Of a DNA stretch of 48,122 nt, positions 32,674-42,183 are shown piece by piece. The stretch comes from Thermoplasmata archaeon (GTDB taxonomy: Archaea; Thermoplasmatota; Thermoplasmata; RBG-16-68-12; JAJISG01). The stretch's first letter is position 1; each line of letters begins with the position of its first letter. The position numbers and the translations under genes are program-made. The notes below the pieces were generated by a model. The model had not been told where the DNA came from. It saw nothing but the letters and a program-made list of their open reading frames with translations, and searched no databases. The DNA is taken from contig JBHIDB010000002.1 in the NCBI GenBank assembly GCA_046759865.1, positions 1 to 48,122 on the forward strand. The letters are read 5' to 3'.

Positions 32674-33075
32674 ATGGGCATCTTCCTCCTCTCACTCGCC
32701 GTCGCGCTCGTGGTCGGATTTAGCCTGGGCGCCTTTGTTGCAGAGCGCGCATGTGCATTCCCGGTCATCCTGGATCGGACGATGACAGAGGCGGGCGTGG
32801 AAGCGGCGGTCAGCGAGGTGGACGGGAGCTACGAGGTGGACGTCATCGGCTACAAGGCCGTGCTCCTCGACGGCGAGGTGCGACGGATCGTCCAGGAGGG
32901 AAACCTCACGGACCTCTCGCCCGTCTCACCCGGGCTCTCCTTCCACCCCGCGGATGCAACCTCGGACCTCCTCCAGGTAGGGGACCGATTCTTCCTGACC
33001 CTCGAAGGGGAGGTGCACCTCCTTCTGGACGAGGGAGGGACCCCCATCGGGTGGACGCTAGGCTGTGAGCTTTGA
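32674..33075 (+). CDS. small N-terminally anchored hypothetical protein (133 aa)
   Basis: MGIFLLSLAVALVVGFSLGAFVA anchor followed by a soluble beta-rich domain. The upstream part of the 276-aa track ORF is antisense to rpe, so I discarded it. Confidence 0.45.
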   Translation: MGIFLLSLAVALVVGFSLGAFVAERACAFPVILDRTMTEAGVEAAVSEVDGSYEVDVIGYKAVLLDGEVRRIVQEGNLTDLSPVSPGLSFHPADATSDLLQVGDRFFLTLEGEVHLLLDEGGTPIGWTLGCEL

Positions 33076-33149
33076 CGGGTCCGCCCCCACCCCAATTCTT
33101 AATTAGCCCTCCTCTTTAGACCCACCCCGACAGCGGGGGTTGGAATCCG

Positions 33150-33983
33150 GTGGGGTTTGACGAGGCCCTCATCGACGAGTTGGAGGAGAGAGCTCGGGTT
33201 CTTCGGGTTCACGTCGTCCGCATGACCCACGCCGCGGGCTCTGGCCACCCCGGAGGCTCCCTCTCTGCGGCCGACGTCATCGCCGCGCTCTACTTCCACA
33301 CACTCCGCCTGGACCCGAAGGACCCTGCATGGGCGGACCGGGACCGGTTCGTCCTCAGCAAGGGACACGGCTGCCCGGTCCTCTACGCCGCCTTGGCGGA
33401 GCGGGGTTTCTTTCCGGTGGAGGAGCTCGTGACCTTGCGCCAGCTGGGCGGACGCCTCCAGGGCCACCCGGAGTATGGCACCACCCCAGGCGTCGAAGCG
33501 CCCGCGGGGGCCGAGGGCCACGGCTTGAGCATCTCGATCGGGATGGCGCTCGCTGGGCGCTTGGACGGGCGGGATTACCGTGTCTACACGATGGTCGGAG
33601 ACGGGGAGAACGACGTCGGGCAGACGTGGGAGGCCGCCATGGCCGCCGCCAACTTCAAGCTCGACAACCTGACGGCCATCCTGGACCGGAACCAGCTCCA
33701 GCAGGAGCGCCGGACTGAGGACATCATGCCGCTTGAGCCCTTGGCGGACAAGTGGAAGGCCTTCGGCTGGAACGTCCTGGAGATCGACGGTCACGATATG
33801 GGGTCGATTCTCGGGGCCCTCTACGAGGCCCGGACCGCGAAGGGCCGGCCCACGATGATCATCGCTCAGACGGTGAAGGGGAAGGGCGTGAGCTTCATGG
33901 AGGGCGTCCTCCGGTTCCACGGCACGGCTCCGACGGACGAGGAGCTGGAGCGGGCCCTGGAAGAGCTGGGGGAGGCTTCGTGA
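33150..33983 (+). CDS. transketolase, N-terminal (TPP-binding) subunit
   Basis: AGSGHPGGSLSAADV, DRFVLSKGH, GSLGHGLS-like (GAEGHGLSI), GDGENDVGQTWEA. Confidence 0.9.
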   Translation: MGFDEALIDELEERARVLRVHVVRMTHAAGSGHPGGSLSAADVIAALYFHTLRLDPKDPAWADRDRFVLSKGHGCPVLYAALAERGFFPVEELVTLRQLGGRLQGHPEYGTTPGVEAPAGAEGHGLSISIGMALAGRLDGRDYRVYTMVGDGENDVGQTWEAAMAAANFKLDNLTAILDRNQLQQERRTEDIMPLEPLADKWKAFGWNVLEIDGHDMGSILGALYEARTAKGRPTMIIAQTVKGKGVSFMEGVLRFHGTAPTDEELERALEELGEAS

Positions 33984-34942
33984 ACCCGCAGCCCTGGAAG
34001 GTCGAGTCCATGCGAAACCACTTCGGTCAGGCCATGGTCGAGCTCGGGCGGGAGCGAGAGGACGTCGTCGTGGTGGGGGCTGATACCACAGAATCCCTGA
34101 AGACAGCCCTTTTCGGCGAGGAGTTCCCTGATCGCCTTTTCAACGTGGGCATCGCAGAGCAGAACATGGTCGCCATCGCCGCGGGGTTGGCCATGAGTGG
34201 GAAGGTGGCCTTCGCGGCCACGTACTCCGTCTTTGGGACCTCCCAGGTGTACAACATCATCCGGCAATCCGTGGCCTACCCCAACCTCCCCGTCAAGATT
34301 TTCTGCAGCCACGCCGGCCTCACAGTAGGGCCGGACGGGGCGACCCATCAGATGAATGAGGACGTGGGTTTGCTCCGGTCCCTCCCCAATATGAAGGTCC
34401 TCGTGCCCTGCGACGGGTTGGAGGTGGCAAAGGCTGTCCACCTGGCCCCCGAGGTTCCGGGTCCCCTCTACTGCCGCTTTAGCCGGGCCAAGTTCCCGGT
34501 GCTCACCGCGCCCGAGGACCCGTTCGAGCTGGGCAGGGCAACGGTCATGCGGGAGGGGGAAGACGTGGCCCTGGTCGCCAACGGCATCATGGTCTCCCGG
34601 GCGCTGGAGGCCGCGGAAGCGCTAGCGACGCAAGGAGTGGACGCACGGGTCGTGAACAACAGCAGTGTGAAACCGTTGGACCGGGACACGCTCCTGGAGG
34701 CGGCTCGGGGTACCGGCGCGGTGGTCACGGCGGAGGAGCACACGGTCCTCGGCGGGATGGGCAGCGCGGTTTCAGAGCTTCTGGCCCAGGAGTATCCCGT
34801 CCCCATGCAGATCGTCGGGGTGCCGGACATCTTCGGGGAGAGCGGAGACGGCTTCGCGGTCCTGGACAAGTACGGACTGACCGCGGAAAGCATCATTAGG
34901 GCGGCCATGCATGTTCTGGCGACCAAGGAGATGGTCGGGTGA
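33980..34942 (+). CDS. transketolase, C-terminal (pyrimidine-binding) subunit
   Basis: FNVGIAEQNMV, FAATYSVF, GLTVGPDGATHQ, LPNMKVLVPCD. GTG start overlaps the stop of the N-terminal subunit (GTGA). I discarded the upstream part of the track ORF. Confidence 0.9.
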   Translation: MNPQPWKVESMRNHFGQAMVELGREREDVVVVGADTTESLKTALFGEEFPDRLFNVGIAEQNMVAIAAGLAMSGKVAFAATYSVFGTSQVYNIIRQSVAYPNLPVKIFCSHAGLTVGPDGATHQMNEDVGLLRSLPNMKVLVPCDGLEVAKAVHLAPEVPGPLYCRFSRAKFPVLTAPEDPFELGRATVMREGEDVALVANGIMVSRALEAAEALATQGVDARVVNNSSVKPLDRDTLLEAARGTGAVVTAEEHTVLGGMGSAVSELLAQEYPVPMQIVGVPDIFGESGDGFAVLDKYGLTAESIIRAAMHVLATKEMVG

Positions 34943-35598
34943 AGCTATTCCTGGACACGGCGCATATCCCTCACATTAAGGAGGCGGCGGACTGGGGAGT
35001 CTTGGACGGCGTGACGACCAACCCGAGCCTCATCCAGAAGGAGGGACGTCCCTTTGATGACATCGTGGCGGAGATTTGTTCCCTGGTGGACGGGCCCGTC
35101 AACCTCGAGGTGGTGAGTGAGGACCACCGGGGCATGGTCACCGAGGGACGGAAGTTGGCGGCCATCCACAAGAATGTCGTCGTGAAGGTCCCCATGACCC
35201 CCGATGGGCTGAAGGCGGTCCGGACCTTGAAGAAGGACGACATCCGGACCAACGTGACACTCGTCTTCGGGCCCAACCAGGCCCTCCTGGCGGCCAAGGC
35301 GGGGGCCTACATCGTGAGCCCTTTCATCGGGCGCCTGGATGATGCGGGGCACACGGGCATGGACCTCATTCGTCAGATCGTCACGATCTACCGGAACTAC
35401 GGGTTCGAGACGAACCTCCTCGTGGCGAGCGTCCGCCATCCGGTGCACGTCGTGGAGTCGGCCCTGGCGGGGGCCCAGATATGCACCCTGCCCTATGCTG
35501 TCCTCGCGAAGATGTTCAAGCACACTCTGACGGACGTGGGACTCCGCTCCTTCATCGATGATTGGAAAAAGGTCCCCGAGGAGATGCGCCCCTTCTAG
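34939..35598 (+). CDS. transaldolase / fructose-6-phosphate aldolase (short type 3B)
   Basis: MKLFLDTAHI...GVTTNPSL, VVKVP.T..GL, NVTLVF, VSPFIGRLDD. GTG start overlaps the tkt stop (GTGA). Confidence 0.9.
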   Translation: MKLFLDTAHIPHIKEAADWGVLDGVTTNPSLIQKEGRPFDDIVAEICSLVDGPVNLEVVSEDHRGMVTEGRKLAAIHKNVVVKVPMTPDGLKAVRTLKKDDIRTNVTLVFGPNQALLAAKAGAYIVSPFIGRLDDAGHTGMDLIRQIVTIYRNYGFETNLLVASVRHPVHVVESALAGAQICTLPYAVLAKMFKHTLTDVGLRSFIDDWKKVPEEMRPF

Positions 35599-35611
35599 GC
35601 GTGAGAGGGGC

Positions 35612-35619
35612 TTTAAATA
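35612..35619 (+). promoter_or_regulatory. TATA-like box (TTTAAATA) for the DUF4129-MoxR cluster
   Basis: Centred ~25 nt upstream of ATG 35641. Confidence 0.45.
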
Positions 35620-35640
35620 GATACCCGGGATAAATAGGCG

Positions 35641-36519
35641 ATGGCCCTTCTCCGGAGGGAACGGAGCAGCCTTCTCGCCTTCGTCCTCCTGCTTCTGGCC
35701 GCGTTCCTGGTGGCGAACCGGGTTTTTAACCTGGAGAACGTGGCCATGGGGCCGGAGACGTTCCCCGTGTTTGAGGGTGGTGCGGGTGGGGAGGACCCAG
35801 GGAGCCCGGGTTTTAGCCTGGGGAACTTCAACCTGTTTCTCCAATACCTCCCGATCGTCCTCATCATCCTCTTTGTCGTCGGGTTCCTCTACTTGCGACG
35901 CAAGGGACGCGGGCGGGCCGTCCTCGTGGAGCTGGTCGGTTTCTCGCTCGCTATCGGGTTCATCTTCTTTTTCTTCCTGTTGGGAGACCTGTTCGGCAAC
36001 TCGCCCGCCGGCGAGCTGGACCCGGACTCCGCCGTCCTAGCGGAGAATCCCCCGAGTCCTCTGCTGGGGATCCCTGTGGCCCCCTCAGGTTTGGCCATCG
36101 TTGGCATCGCCGTCTTTGTGGTCTTCCTCTCCATCCTCCTCTCACGAAGACTCGCGCGCGACCGGCTCCCAGATGGTGGGGCGGACAAGGAGACGAGGGC
36201 GTTGGACCGGATCCGAGACACGATCTACCGCTTGGAGTTGGGGGAGGACGTCCGCGCCACGGTGCTGCGGTGTTACGGCGACATGACCCATCTCTTTCGT
36301 CGGACGGGGCTCGCGGTGGGAGGGCCCGTAACCGCCCGCGAGTTGGAGGCGCAGGCCCTCGACGAGCTTGCCCTCTCGAACCGCTCGTCCGTCGAGCTCC
36401 GTCGGCTCTTCGAAGAAGCAAGGTATTCCATGCACCAGCTGCCCGCAGCGTACAAGGAGGGCGCCCTGCGCTGCCTTACCGCTGTGAAGGAGGAGCTTGA
36501 GGCCCGCGCCTCCCTCTAA
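35641..36519 (+). CDS. DUF4129 domain membrane protein
   Basis: N-terminal anchor, three internal TM helices and a C-terminal helical domain (RCYGDMTHLFRRTG...VTARELE...LRRLFEEARYSMH) typical of DUF4129. It has the usual genomic partners MoxR and DUF58. Confidence 0.65.
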   Translation: MALLRRERSSLLAFVLLLLAAFLVANRVFNLENVAMGPETFPVFEGGAGGEDPGSPGFSLGNFNLFLQYLPIVLIILFVVGFLYLRRKGRGRAVLVELVGFSLAIGFIFFFFLLGDLFGNSPAGELDPDSAVLAENPPSPLLGIPVAPSGLAIVGIAVFVVFLSILLSRRLARDRLPDGGADKETRALDRIRDTIYRLELGEDVRATVLRCYGDMTHLFRRTGLAVGGPVTARELEAQALDELALSNRSSVELRRLFEEARYSMHQLPAAYKEGALRCLTAVKEELEARASL

Positions 36520-36533
36520 ACTGGGGTCTTGCC

Positions 36534-37157
36534 ATGCGCCAGGTCCGTTCAGGGAGCGGAAACCCGTTGCGAAGCCCTCGCCCGGTACGCCGGCCCGGAG
36601 GCCGGCTCGTGAGCCTGGAACTCGGCATCATCGTAGCAGCGCTCGCGGTCATGCTGGGCCTGGCTATTTTCTACTCGATTTACAGCGGCCTCTTACGATG
36701 GGCGCTCCTGATCCTTCTCCTGATCGTCGGGGGCTGGATCGCCGGAAAGTGGCTGCGCACGCGGACGGCGGATGTCACGCCTCTCGCCCTGGACGAGCCG
36801 GGGCCGGGGATGCAGAGAAGCAGCCTCCGCAATCTCTCCCGCGCCCTCCGGCGCGGGAACCGGGGCCTGCGGTACAGCCAGCTCTACTTCGCCATCCACC
36901 TCCGTAACGCCTTTCTCGCGAAGGCCCGCAGCGCCCTCGGATTTCAGGGGTCGATTCAGGAGCTAAGTCGGCACCCCGAGCTCCTCCGGTCCCTGGGCGA
37001 AGACGGGGACCTCATTCAATTCGTTTCCTGGGTCACCCGCCTCGAGAGATCCCTCGCAGACGTCCTGGGTTCGTCCCGGGAGATGTTCCCAGGGGAGTCC
37101 TCACTCTTTGCGGAGAAGATGGAGATGATGCTCAAGCGGATGGAGGCTTGGCCATGA
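36534..37157 (+). CDS. hypothetical two-TM membrane protein of the MoxR cluster
   Basis: LELGIIVAALAVMLGLAIFYSIY and LLILLLIVGGWIAG helices, then a helical soluble tail. Overlaps the MoxR start by 10 nt. Alternative GTG start at 36609. Confidence 0.55.
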   Translation: MRQVRSGSGNPLRSPRPVRRPGGRLVSLELGIIVAALAVMLGLAIFYSIYSGLLRWALLILLLIVGGWIAGKWLRTRTADVTPLALDEPGPGMQRSSLRNLSRALRRGNRGLRYSQLYFAIHLRNAFLAKARSALGFQGSIQELSRHPELLRSLGEDGDLIQFVSWVTRLERSLADVLGSSREMFPGESSLFAEKMEMMLKRMEAWP

Positions 37158-38104
37158 AGCTGGAGGAGGTCGCCCCCACCTCCGAACGTCTCCTGTCCGA
37201 GGTCTCCAAGGCCATCGTGGGGAAAGGCGAGGTCCTTCACTTCGTCCTGCTCGCCATCCTGTGCGATGGGCACGTCCTCATCGAGGACTTCCCTGGGCTC
37301 GCCAAGACCCTCATGGCGAAGTCCTTCGCGGCCGCCTTGGGCTGCACCTTCCGCAGGGTCCAGTTTACCCCGGACCTTCTGCCTGCCGACATCACTGGGA
37401 CCTACGTCTTCGACAAGAAGCGAAGCGAGTTCGAGTTGCGGAAGGGGCCGATCTTCACCCACATCCTCCTCGCTGACGAGATCAACCGGGCCCCGCCCAA
37501 GACCCAGGCGGCCCTGCTGGAGGCCATGCAGGAGCGGCAGACGACCCTCGAGGGCGAGACGTATCACCTGGAGAGCCCCTTCATCGTCATCGCCACACAG
37601 AATCCCATCGAGTATGAGGGGACCTACCCCCTCCCGGAGGCCCAGATCGACCGGTTCCTCGTCCGCGTCCGCATGGGCTACCCCGGGGGCGAGGACGAGG
37701 TGGAGGTCCTGGAGCGCCGGCGGGCTCGGAAGCGGGAGGAGGTGGAGCTCGACGCCATCGCCAACCCCGAGAAGGTGCAGGCGCTGCAGCGTGCCATGGA
37801 GGAGGTCCACGTGGAGAGCGACGTGGAGCGGTACATCGTGGAGCTCGTGCAGAGGACGCGGGAGCACCCGAACGTCGAAGTGGGCGCCAGTCCACGGGGG
37901 TCCCTCGCCCTCATGACCTTGTCCAGGGCCAAGGCGGCTCTGGCGTCGCGGGACTTCGTGTTGCCAGACGACGTGAAGGGGGTTGCCGTCCCAGGCCTCG
38001 CACACCGTATCATTCTGAAACCCGATCCCTGGATTCGGGGGGTGAAGACAGAGACCGTCGTCGAACAAGTCCTGGCGGAGGTCCCGGTTCCTACGGTGGG
38101 TTAG
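37148..38104 (+). CDS. MoxR-family AAA+ ATPase
   Basis: Walker A variant region HVLIEDFPGLAKT, FRRVQFTPDLLPADITG, Walker B ILLADEINRAPPKTQAALLEAMQE, and VIATQNPIEYEGTYPLPEAQIDRF. Confidence 0.92.
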   Translation: MAMKLEEVAPTSERLLSEVSKAIVGKGEVLHFVLLAILCDGHVLIEDFPGLAKTLMAKSFAAALGCTFRRVQFTPDLLPADITGTYVFDKKRSEFELRKGPIFTHILLADEINRAPPKTQAALLEAMQERQTTLEGETYHLESPFIVIATQNPIEYEGTYPLPEAQIDRFLVRVRMGYPGGEDEVEVLERRRARKREEVELDAIANPEKVQALQRAMEEVHVESDVERYIVELVQRTREHPNVEVGASPRGSLALMTLSRAKAALASRDFVLPDDVKGVAVPGLAHRIILKPDPWIRGVKTETVVEQVLAEVPVPTVG

Positions 38105-39376
38105 GTGAGGACGAGGGCGAGCTTCTGGATTTTTGCAACCGCCACCACGTTCCTGCTGGTGGCCGTCGTCACCCGAGAGGCGCGCTTTCTGGCCCTGATG
38201 CTCCCGCTGCTGGCCTTCGGGGCCCTCGCCTCCCTCTTCTCCCCCCCTGCCCCGGAGGTGGAAGTCAGGAGGACGACGGAGAAGGAGGCCCTCTATGAGG
38301 GCGAGGAGATCGAGGTCCGCATATCTCTCCGGAATACCGGGGAGCCGCTTCCCTTCCTCGAGGTCTACGACGCCCTCCCCCATCGGAGCGTCCTTACGAG
38401 GGGCACCAACCACCTGCTTCTAGCCCTGGACCGGGACGAGACGAAGAGGCTGGAGTACCGCATCCAGTTCCCTTTGAAGGGGCGGTACCCCGTGGGCCCG
38501 GTGGTCCTGCGAAGCCGGGATTCCCTCGGGGTTTACCTAAAGGAGAGGAGGGTTCCTTCGGACGAGGCCTTCGTGGTCGCGCCCCGCATCGAGGACCTGC
38601 GTAAGGTCAGCGTCCTCCCGCGCCGTACGCGGCCCCGCCTCGGGCAGGTGCCGTCGAGAATCCCGGGCCTTGGGACGGAATTCTGGTCGATTCGGGAGTA
38701 CCACGCGGGGGACGACCTGCGTCGGGTCAATTGGAAGGCCTCGGCGCGTCTGGACTCCCTCCTGACCAACGAGCGGGAGTCGGAGAGGAGCGGGGATGTG
38801 ATCCTCGTCCTGGACGCCCGAGAGGCGGCCAACGTCGGCTTCTACGCGTCCAACGCAGTCGAACTGGGCATCCGAGCCCTGGCGTCCCTGGCCTCCCGCC
38901 TGCTCCATGACCGAAATCGCGTGGGTCTCGTCGTCCAGCGGGACGTCATGGATTGGGTGACGCCCGGATTCGGCCGGAGGCAGCTGTATCGGATCATCGA
39001 TACGCTCATCGGGGTGCGACCCGGCGGCCAGGCGCCCTTCGAACAGATCGGCTGGATGCTGAAGCGCCACCTCCCGACCAAGGCCCTGCTCGTCATAATC
39101 TCCCCTCTCGTCGACCGGTCCGTGACCGAGACCATTGCCGAATTGCGGGCATCGGGGTTCGACATCATCCTGCTGTCCCCCTCCTCCTTAGAGGTCGATC
39201 GACTAACCATCGGGGAGGACAGGTACGAGAACCTCGCTTATCGGCTGCTCCGGATGCAACGGGACGGGAACGTGGGCTATCTGCGACGCTTCGCCCACGT
39301 TGTGGACTGGAATCCGGATGAGCCCCTGACCCTGGCACTTAAGGAGGTGTCCCTCTGGTCGCGCTACCAACCTTGA
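38105..39376 (+). CDS. DUF58 domain protein (vWA-like)
   Basis: Two N-terminal TM helices, REYHAGDDLRRVNWKASAR signature, and a vWA-like VILVLDA block. Confidence 0.88.
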   Translation: MRTRASFWIFATATTFLLVAVVTREARFLALMLPLLAFGALASLFSPPAPEVEVRRTTEKEALYEGEEIEVRISLRNTGEPLPFLEVYDALPHRSVLTRGTNHLLLALDRDETKRLEYRIQFPLKGRYPVGPVVLRSRDSLGVYLKERRVPSDEAFVVAPRIEDLRKVSVLPRRTRPRLGQVPSRIPGLGTEFWSIREYHAGDDLRRVNWKASARLDSLLTNERESERSGDVILVLDAREAANVGFYASNAVELGIRALASLASRLLHDRNRVGLVVQRDVMDWVTPGFGRRQLYRIIDTLIGVRPGGQAPFEQIGWMLKRHLPTKALLVIISPLVDRSVTETIAELRASGFDIILLSPSSLEVDRLTIGEDRYENLAYRLLRMQRDGNVGYLRRFAHVVDWNPDEPLTLALKEVSLWSRYQP

Positions 39377-39918
39377 GGGTCTTCGCCTTCCTCCCCCCTC
39401 TCCTCCTTGGGACCCTGGTCGCCTTGAGCCTCATCCTGGCGGCGGAGCCATCCCAGCCCCGGGTCTTTCTGGGCATTCTCGGCGCAAGCGCCTTCGCGCT
39501 GCTCCTCCTCGCTGTCGCCCTCCTGCGGGAGAGTGGGTGGGCGGAGCGGGTCGCCCTCGTCGTTGCTTCCTCCGCCCTCCTCTTCGTGGCCGTGTTCGTT
39601 CGAGGTCTGGACCTCCTCTCCCTGTATGGACTCCTCGTCCTGATTGTCCTCACCGGCCAGCTCCGTGGGCCCGCGGAGGTCGTCCGCTCGCTTAGGGACC
39701 GGGACCTTCCGCCCCGGGACGCCGTAGAACTCCGGGGCGTCCTCTCGTCAATCCTGGCCCGGACGGGCGTCATCTTGTTGATCGCGGTCCTCCTTTCGGT
39801 CCTCGTTTGGATCTCCCTCGCCGCGTTCACATTCGCGCCTACCTCGGAGTTCACGGCCTTCCTCTTGGCCGCCCTCCTCATTGTCATCCTGGTCCTCCTG
39901 GCGACCCTGCCTGAGTAG
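39373..39918 (+). CDS. hypothetical polytopic membrane protein, last gene of the MoxR cluster
   Basis: Five hydrophobic helices. TTG start overlaps the DUF58 stop (TTGA). Confidence 0.55.
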   Translation: MRVFAFLPPLLLGTLVALSLILAAEPSQPRVFLGILGASAFALLLLAVALLRESGWAERVALVVASSALLFVAVFVRGLDLLSLYGLLVLIVLTGQLRGPAEVVRSLRDRDLPPRDAVELRGVLSSILARTGVILLIAVLLSVLVWISLAAFTFAPTSEFTAFLLAALLIVILVLLATLPE

Positions 39919-39960
39919 GCGGCATCATTTTGATATAGACCCCACCTCTGGTCGTCACAG

Positions 39961-40033
39961 GCCCCGATAGTGTAGCGGCCGATCATCCAGGCCTGTCGAG
40001 CCTGGGACTCGGGTTCAAATCCCGATCGGGGCG
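39961..40033 (+). tRNA. tRNA-Asp (anticodon GTC)
   Basis: Folded by hand. Acceptor GCCCCGA/TCGGGGC, anticodon stem CAGGC/GCCTG with loop CTGTCGA (GTC at 39995-39997), T-arm TCGGG/TTCAAAT/CCCGA, discriminator G. 73 nt, CCA not encoded. Confidence 0.9.
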
Positions 40034-40080
40034 CTTTCCCGTGAGAGGACGAGGTACGGCAGGTCCTCGCGCAAGGCGAA

Positions 40081-40761
40081 TCAGATGAGCTTGGCCGACC
40101 ATTCAAGGATCGCGTCGGCGAGCTCATCCAGGACCGCACCGGCGTCCCGGCCGGATCGCTTGAGGACGTTGAAGGAGTGGTCGCCCCCCTCCACGAAGTG
40201 CAGGATCCCTCGCTCACCTAGCCCTCCCACCACCGATTCGATGAGATCCCGTCGGGCTAGGGTGTCACGTGTTCCTTGGAGGAACAGCATCGGCTGCGTC
40301 ACGTCGGCGAGATGGCCGGCGCGTTCCACGCCCGGCTTCCCGGGAGCGTGAAGCGGGAACCCGAGGAAGACCAAACCCCGAACGCCGGGGAGACCGTCCC
40401 CCGCGGCGGCGCGCGACGTCATTCGACCTCCGAGGGATTTGCCACCTGCGACCAGCGAGAGTCCCGAGGCCCTGTCCCCGGCGGTTCGGACGGCGGACTG
40501 AACGGTCGCCTCGAGCAGGTGGGCCGGGTTGGGGTAACGCCGACCCTCTTCCATGTACGGGAACTGGTAGCGAAGCGTCGCGATTCCTCGCTCGCCCAGA
40601 CGCTCTGCCATGGCTTGGAGGAAGGGATGGCGCATCCCGGCGCCCGCCCCATGGGCGAGGACGTACAGGAGGCTGGCGCCTCGGGGACGAAGGAGAAGTC
40701 CCGACACGTGCGCGGTGGTCCCCTCGACCGCGAACGCGATATCCTCCGAGTGCATTTCCAT
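40081..40761 (-). CDS. alpha/beta-fold hydrolase (COG3571-like, dienelactone-hydrolase-related)
   Basis: [16 protein letters not shown], nucleophile-elbow-like [23 protein letters not shown]. Confidence 0.8.
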   Translation of the reverse strand: MEMHSEDIAFAVEGTTAHVSGLLLRPRGASLLYVLAHGAGAGMRHPFLQAMAERLGERGIATLRYQFPYMEEGRRYPNPAHLLEATVQSAVRTAGDRASGLSLVAGGKSLGGRMTSRAAAGDGLPGVRGLVFLGFPLHAPGKPGVERAGHLADVTQPMLFLQGTRDTLARRDLIESVVGGLGERGILHFVEGGDHSFNVLKRSGRDAGAVLDELADAILEWSAKLI

Positions 40762-40828
40762 CGAGGGGAGGGAGGTCGGGGTAAGAAGGCTTTCGAAGGT
40801 CCGCGGATTGTTCCGGCGGTAGCGCTTC

Positions 40829-42082
40829 TCAGGTCCCCCTCACCCGGTCGACCACGTCCGTCACAGGGATCTCTTCCTGGCCGCCGCCCGCCATGTCCTT
40901 GAGCGCAACGTTCCCTCCAGCCCACTCCTTCTCCCCGACCAGGACAGCGAAGCGGGCACCCAAGCCGTCTGCGTGGTCCAGATTCTTGGAGGGGCCACGT
41001 CCCACCAAGTCGATGTCCGCGGTGAGGCCGGCCTCGCGCAGCTGTCTCAGCACGGCGTACGCCGCCTCCACCATGTGGTCTCCAACGGGGAGAACGTAGA
41101 CGTCCAGACCGGCCACTGGGAGTTCGACTCCCGCCTTCTCTAGGGCGAGGAGGACCCGATCGAAGCCCATGCCGAAGCCCGTGGTCTGGAGGGGTTCCCC
41201 ACCGAAGATGTTGGTCAAGGTGTAAGAGCCGCCTCCGCAAATCTGGCTGGCGGCTCCCAGCGGCTCGTAGTGGAGCTCGAACACGGCGCCGGTGTAGTAG
41301 TCGAGGCCGCGGACGACGCTCAGGTCGAACAGGATGTCTTCGATGCCGTACCGTCCGAGGAGGGCACCGAGGTCGCGAAGGTACTGGAGCCCCTCCTGTT
41401 CGCCCACCATCTCCTCGGCCTGTTCGAGGATCTCGGGGCCGCCCCTGAGGTGTATGAGGGCGACGAGATCGTCTTGCAGGTCAGCGAGGCCGGCGGCCTT
41501 TAACTCCTGGGTCAGCTCGTCCACCTTGCCCTTGTCGAGGTCGTTGAGAATTCGGGCCTTACGTTCTTCATCGACCTGAAGGAGGTCGCGGATCAGTCCG
41601 ATGTGCCCCACCCGAACCTGGAAGCCCGTGAGACCTGCCTGGCGGACGGCCTCCACCGCCGTCGCGACGACCTCGGCGTCCGACTGCAGCGGGCTGCCCC
41701 CCAGGATCTCCACCCCGAACTGGTAGAACTCGCGGTAGCGGCCGTACTGAGGCTCGTCGTAGCGAAAGCACGTCCCGAGGTAGAAGACCTTCAGAGGCTT
41801 GGGCCGGCTTTGGAGATCGTTGAGGTAAAAGCGGATGACGGGAGCGGTGAGCTCGGGGCGGAGGGCGAGTTCCCGTCCGCCCTTGTCGCGGAAGGCGTAG
41901 AGCTCCTCCACAATGGCGGGCCCCGATTTCGCGATGAAGAGGCTGGCGTGCTCGAAGGTTGGGGTGGCCACCTCGCCGTAGCCAAACGTTCGGGCCACGC
42001 GAATGAAAGCAGCCTCGACGGCACGGCGACGCGCCATCTCCTCGGGGGCAAAGTCCCGGGTTCCTCGGGGCCGCTCGAACAT
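40829..42082 (-). CDS. hisS: histidine--tRNA ligase
   Basis: PRGTRDF, class II motifs ([21 protein letters not shown]; GGGSY; GFGMGFDR) and a C-terminal anticodon-binding domain. Confidence 0.92.
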   Translation of the reverse strand: MFERPRGTRDFAPEEMARRRAVEAAFIRVARTFGYGEVATPTFEHASLFIAKSGPAIVEELYAFRDKGGRELALRPELTAPVIRFYLNDLQSRPKPLKVFYLGTCFRYDEPQYGRYREFYQFGVEILGGSPLQSDAEVVATAVEAVRQAGLTGFQVRVGHIGLIRDLLQVDEERKARILNDLDKGKVDELTQELKAAGLADLQDDLVALIHLRGGPEILEQAEEMVGEQEGLQYLRDLGALLGRYGIEDILFDLSVVRGLDYYTGAVFELHYEPLGAASQICGGGSYTLTNIFGGEPLQTTGFGMGFDRVLLALEKAGVELPVAGLDVYVLPVGDHMVEAAYAVLRQLREAGLTADIDLVGRGPSKNLDHADGLGARFAVLVGEKEWAGGNVALKDMAGGGQEEIPVTDVVDRVRGT

Positions 42083-42105
42083 CTGCAGGTTCCAGGGGTG
42101 GTTTT

Positions 42106-42112
42106 GTTAAAG
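42106..42112 (-). promoter_or_regulatory. TATA-like box (CTTTAAC on minus strand) for hisS
   Basis: Centred ~27 nt upstream of ATG 42082. Confidence 0.4.
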
Positions 42113-42153
42113 CCTTTGTCGGGGCCTCGCGCCCCCAGTCCCCTGCCTCGAAC

Positions 42154-42162
42154 CCTATATAG
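42154..42162 (+). promoter_or_regulatory. TATA-like box (CCTATATAG) for the HAD hydrolase gene
   Basis: Centred ~26 nt upstream of TTG 42184. Confidence 0.4.
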
Positions 42163-42183
42163 CCCCTCCTCCTCATTCCGACG

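Noticed and set aside
37016-38413. 465-aa ORF on the minus strand
   Set aside because: It is antisense to the unambiguous MoxR ATPase and DUF58 genes and has no recognisable motif.
39919-40800. tRNA-Asp as an integration hotspot or genomic-island boundary
   Set aside because: I saw no integrase, recombinase, transposase or phage-like gene on either side. The flanks are a MoxR cluster and housekeeping genes (hydrolase, hisS). I did not spot a direct repeat of the tRNA 3' end, but I could not search exhaustively by eye.
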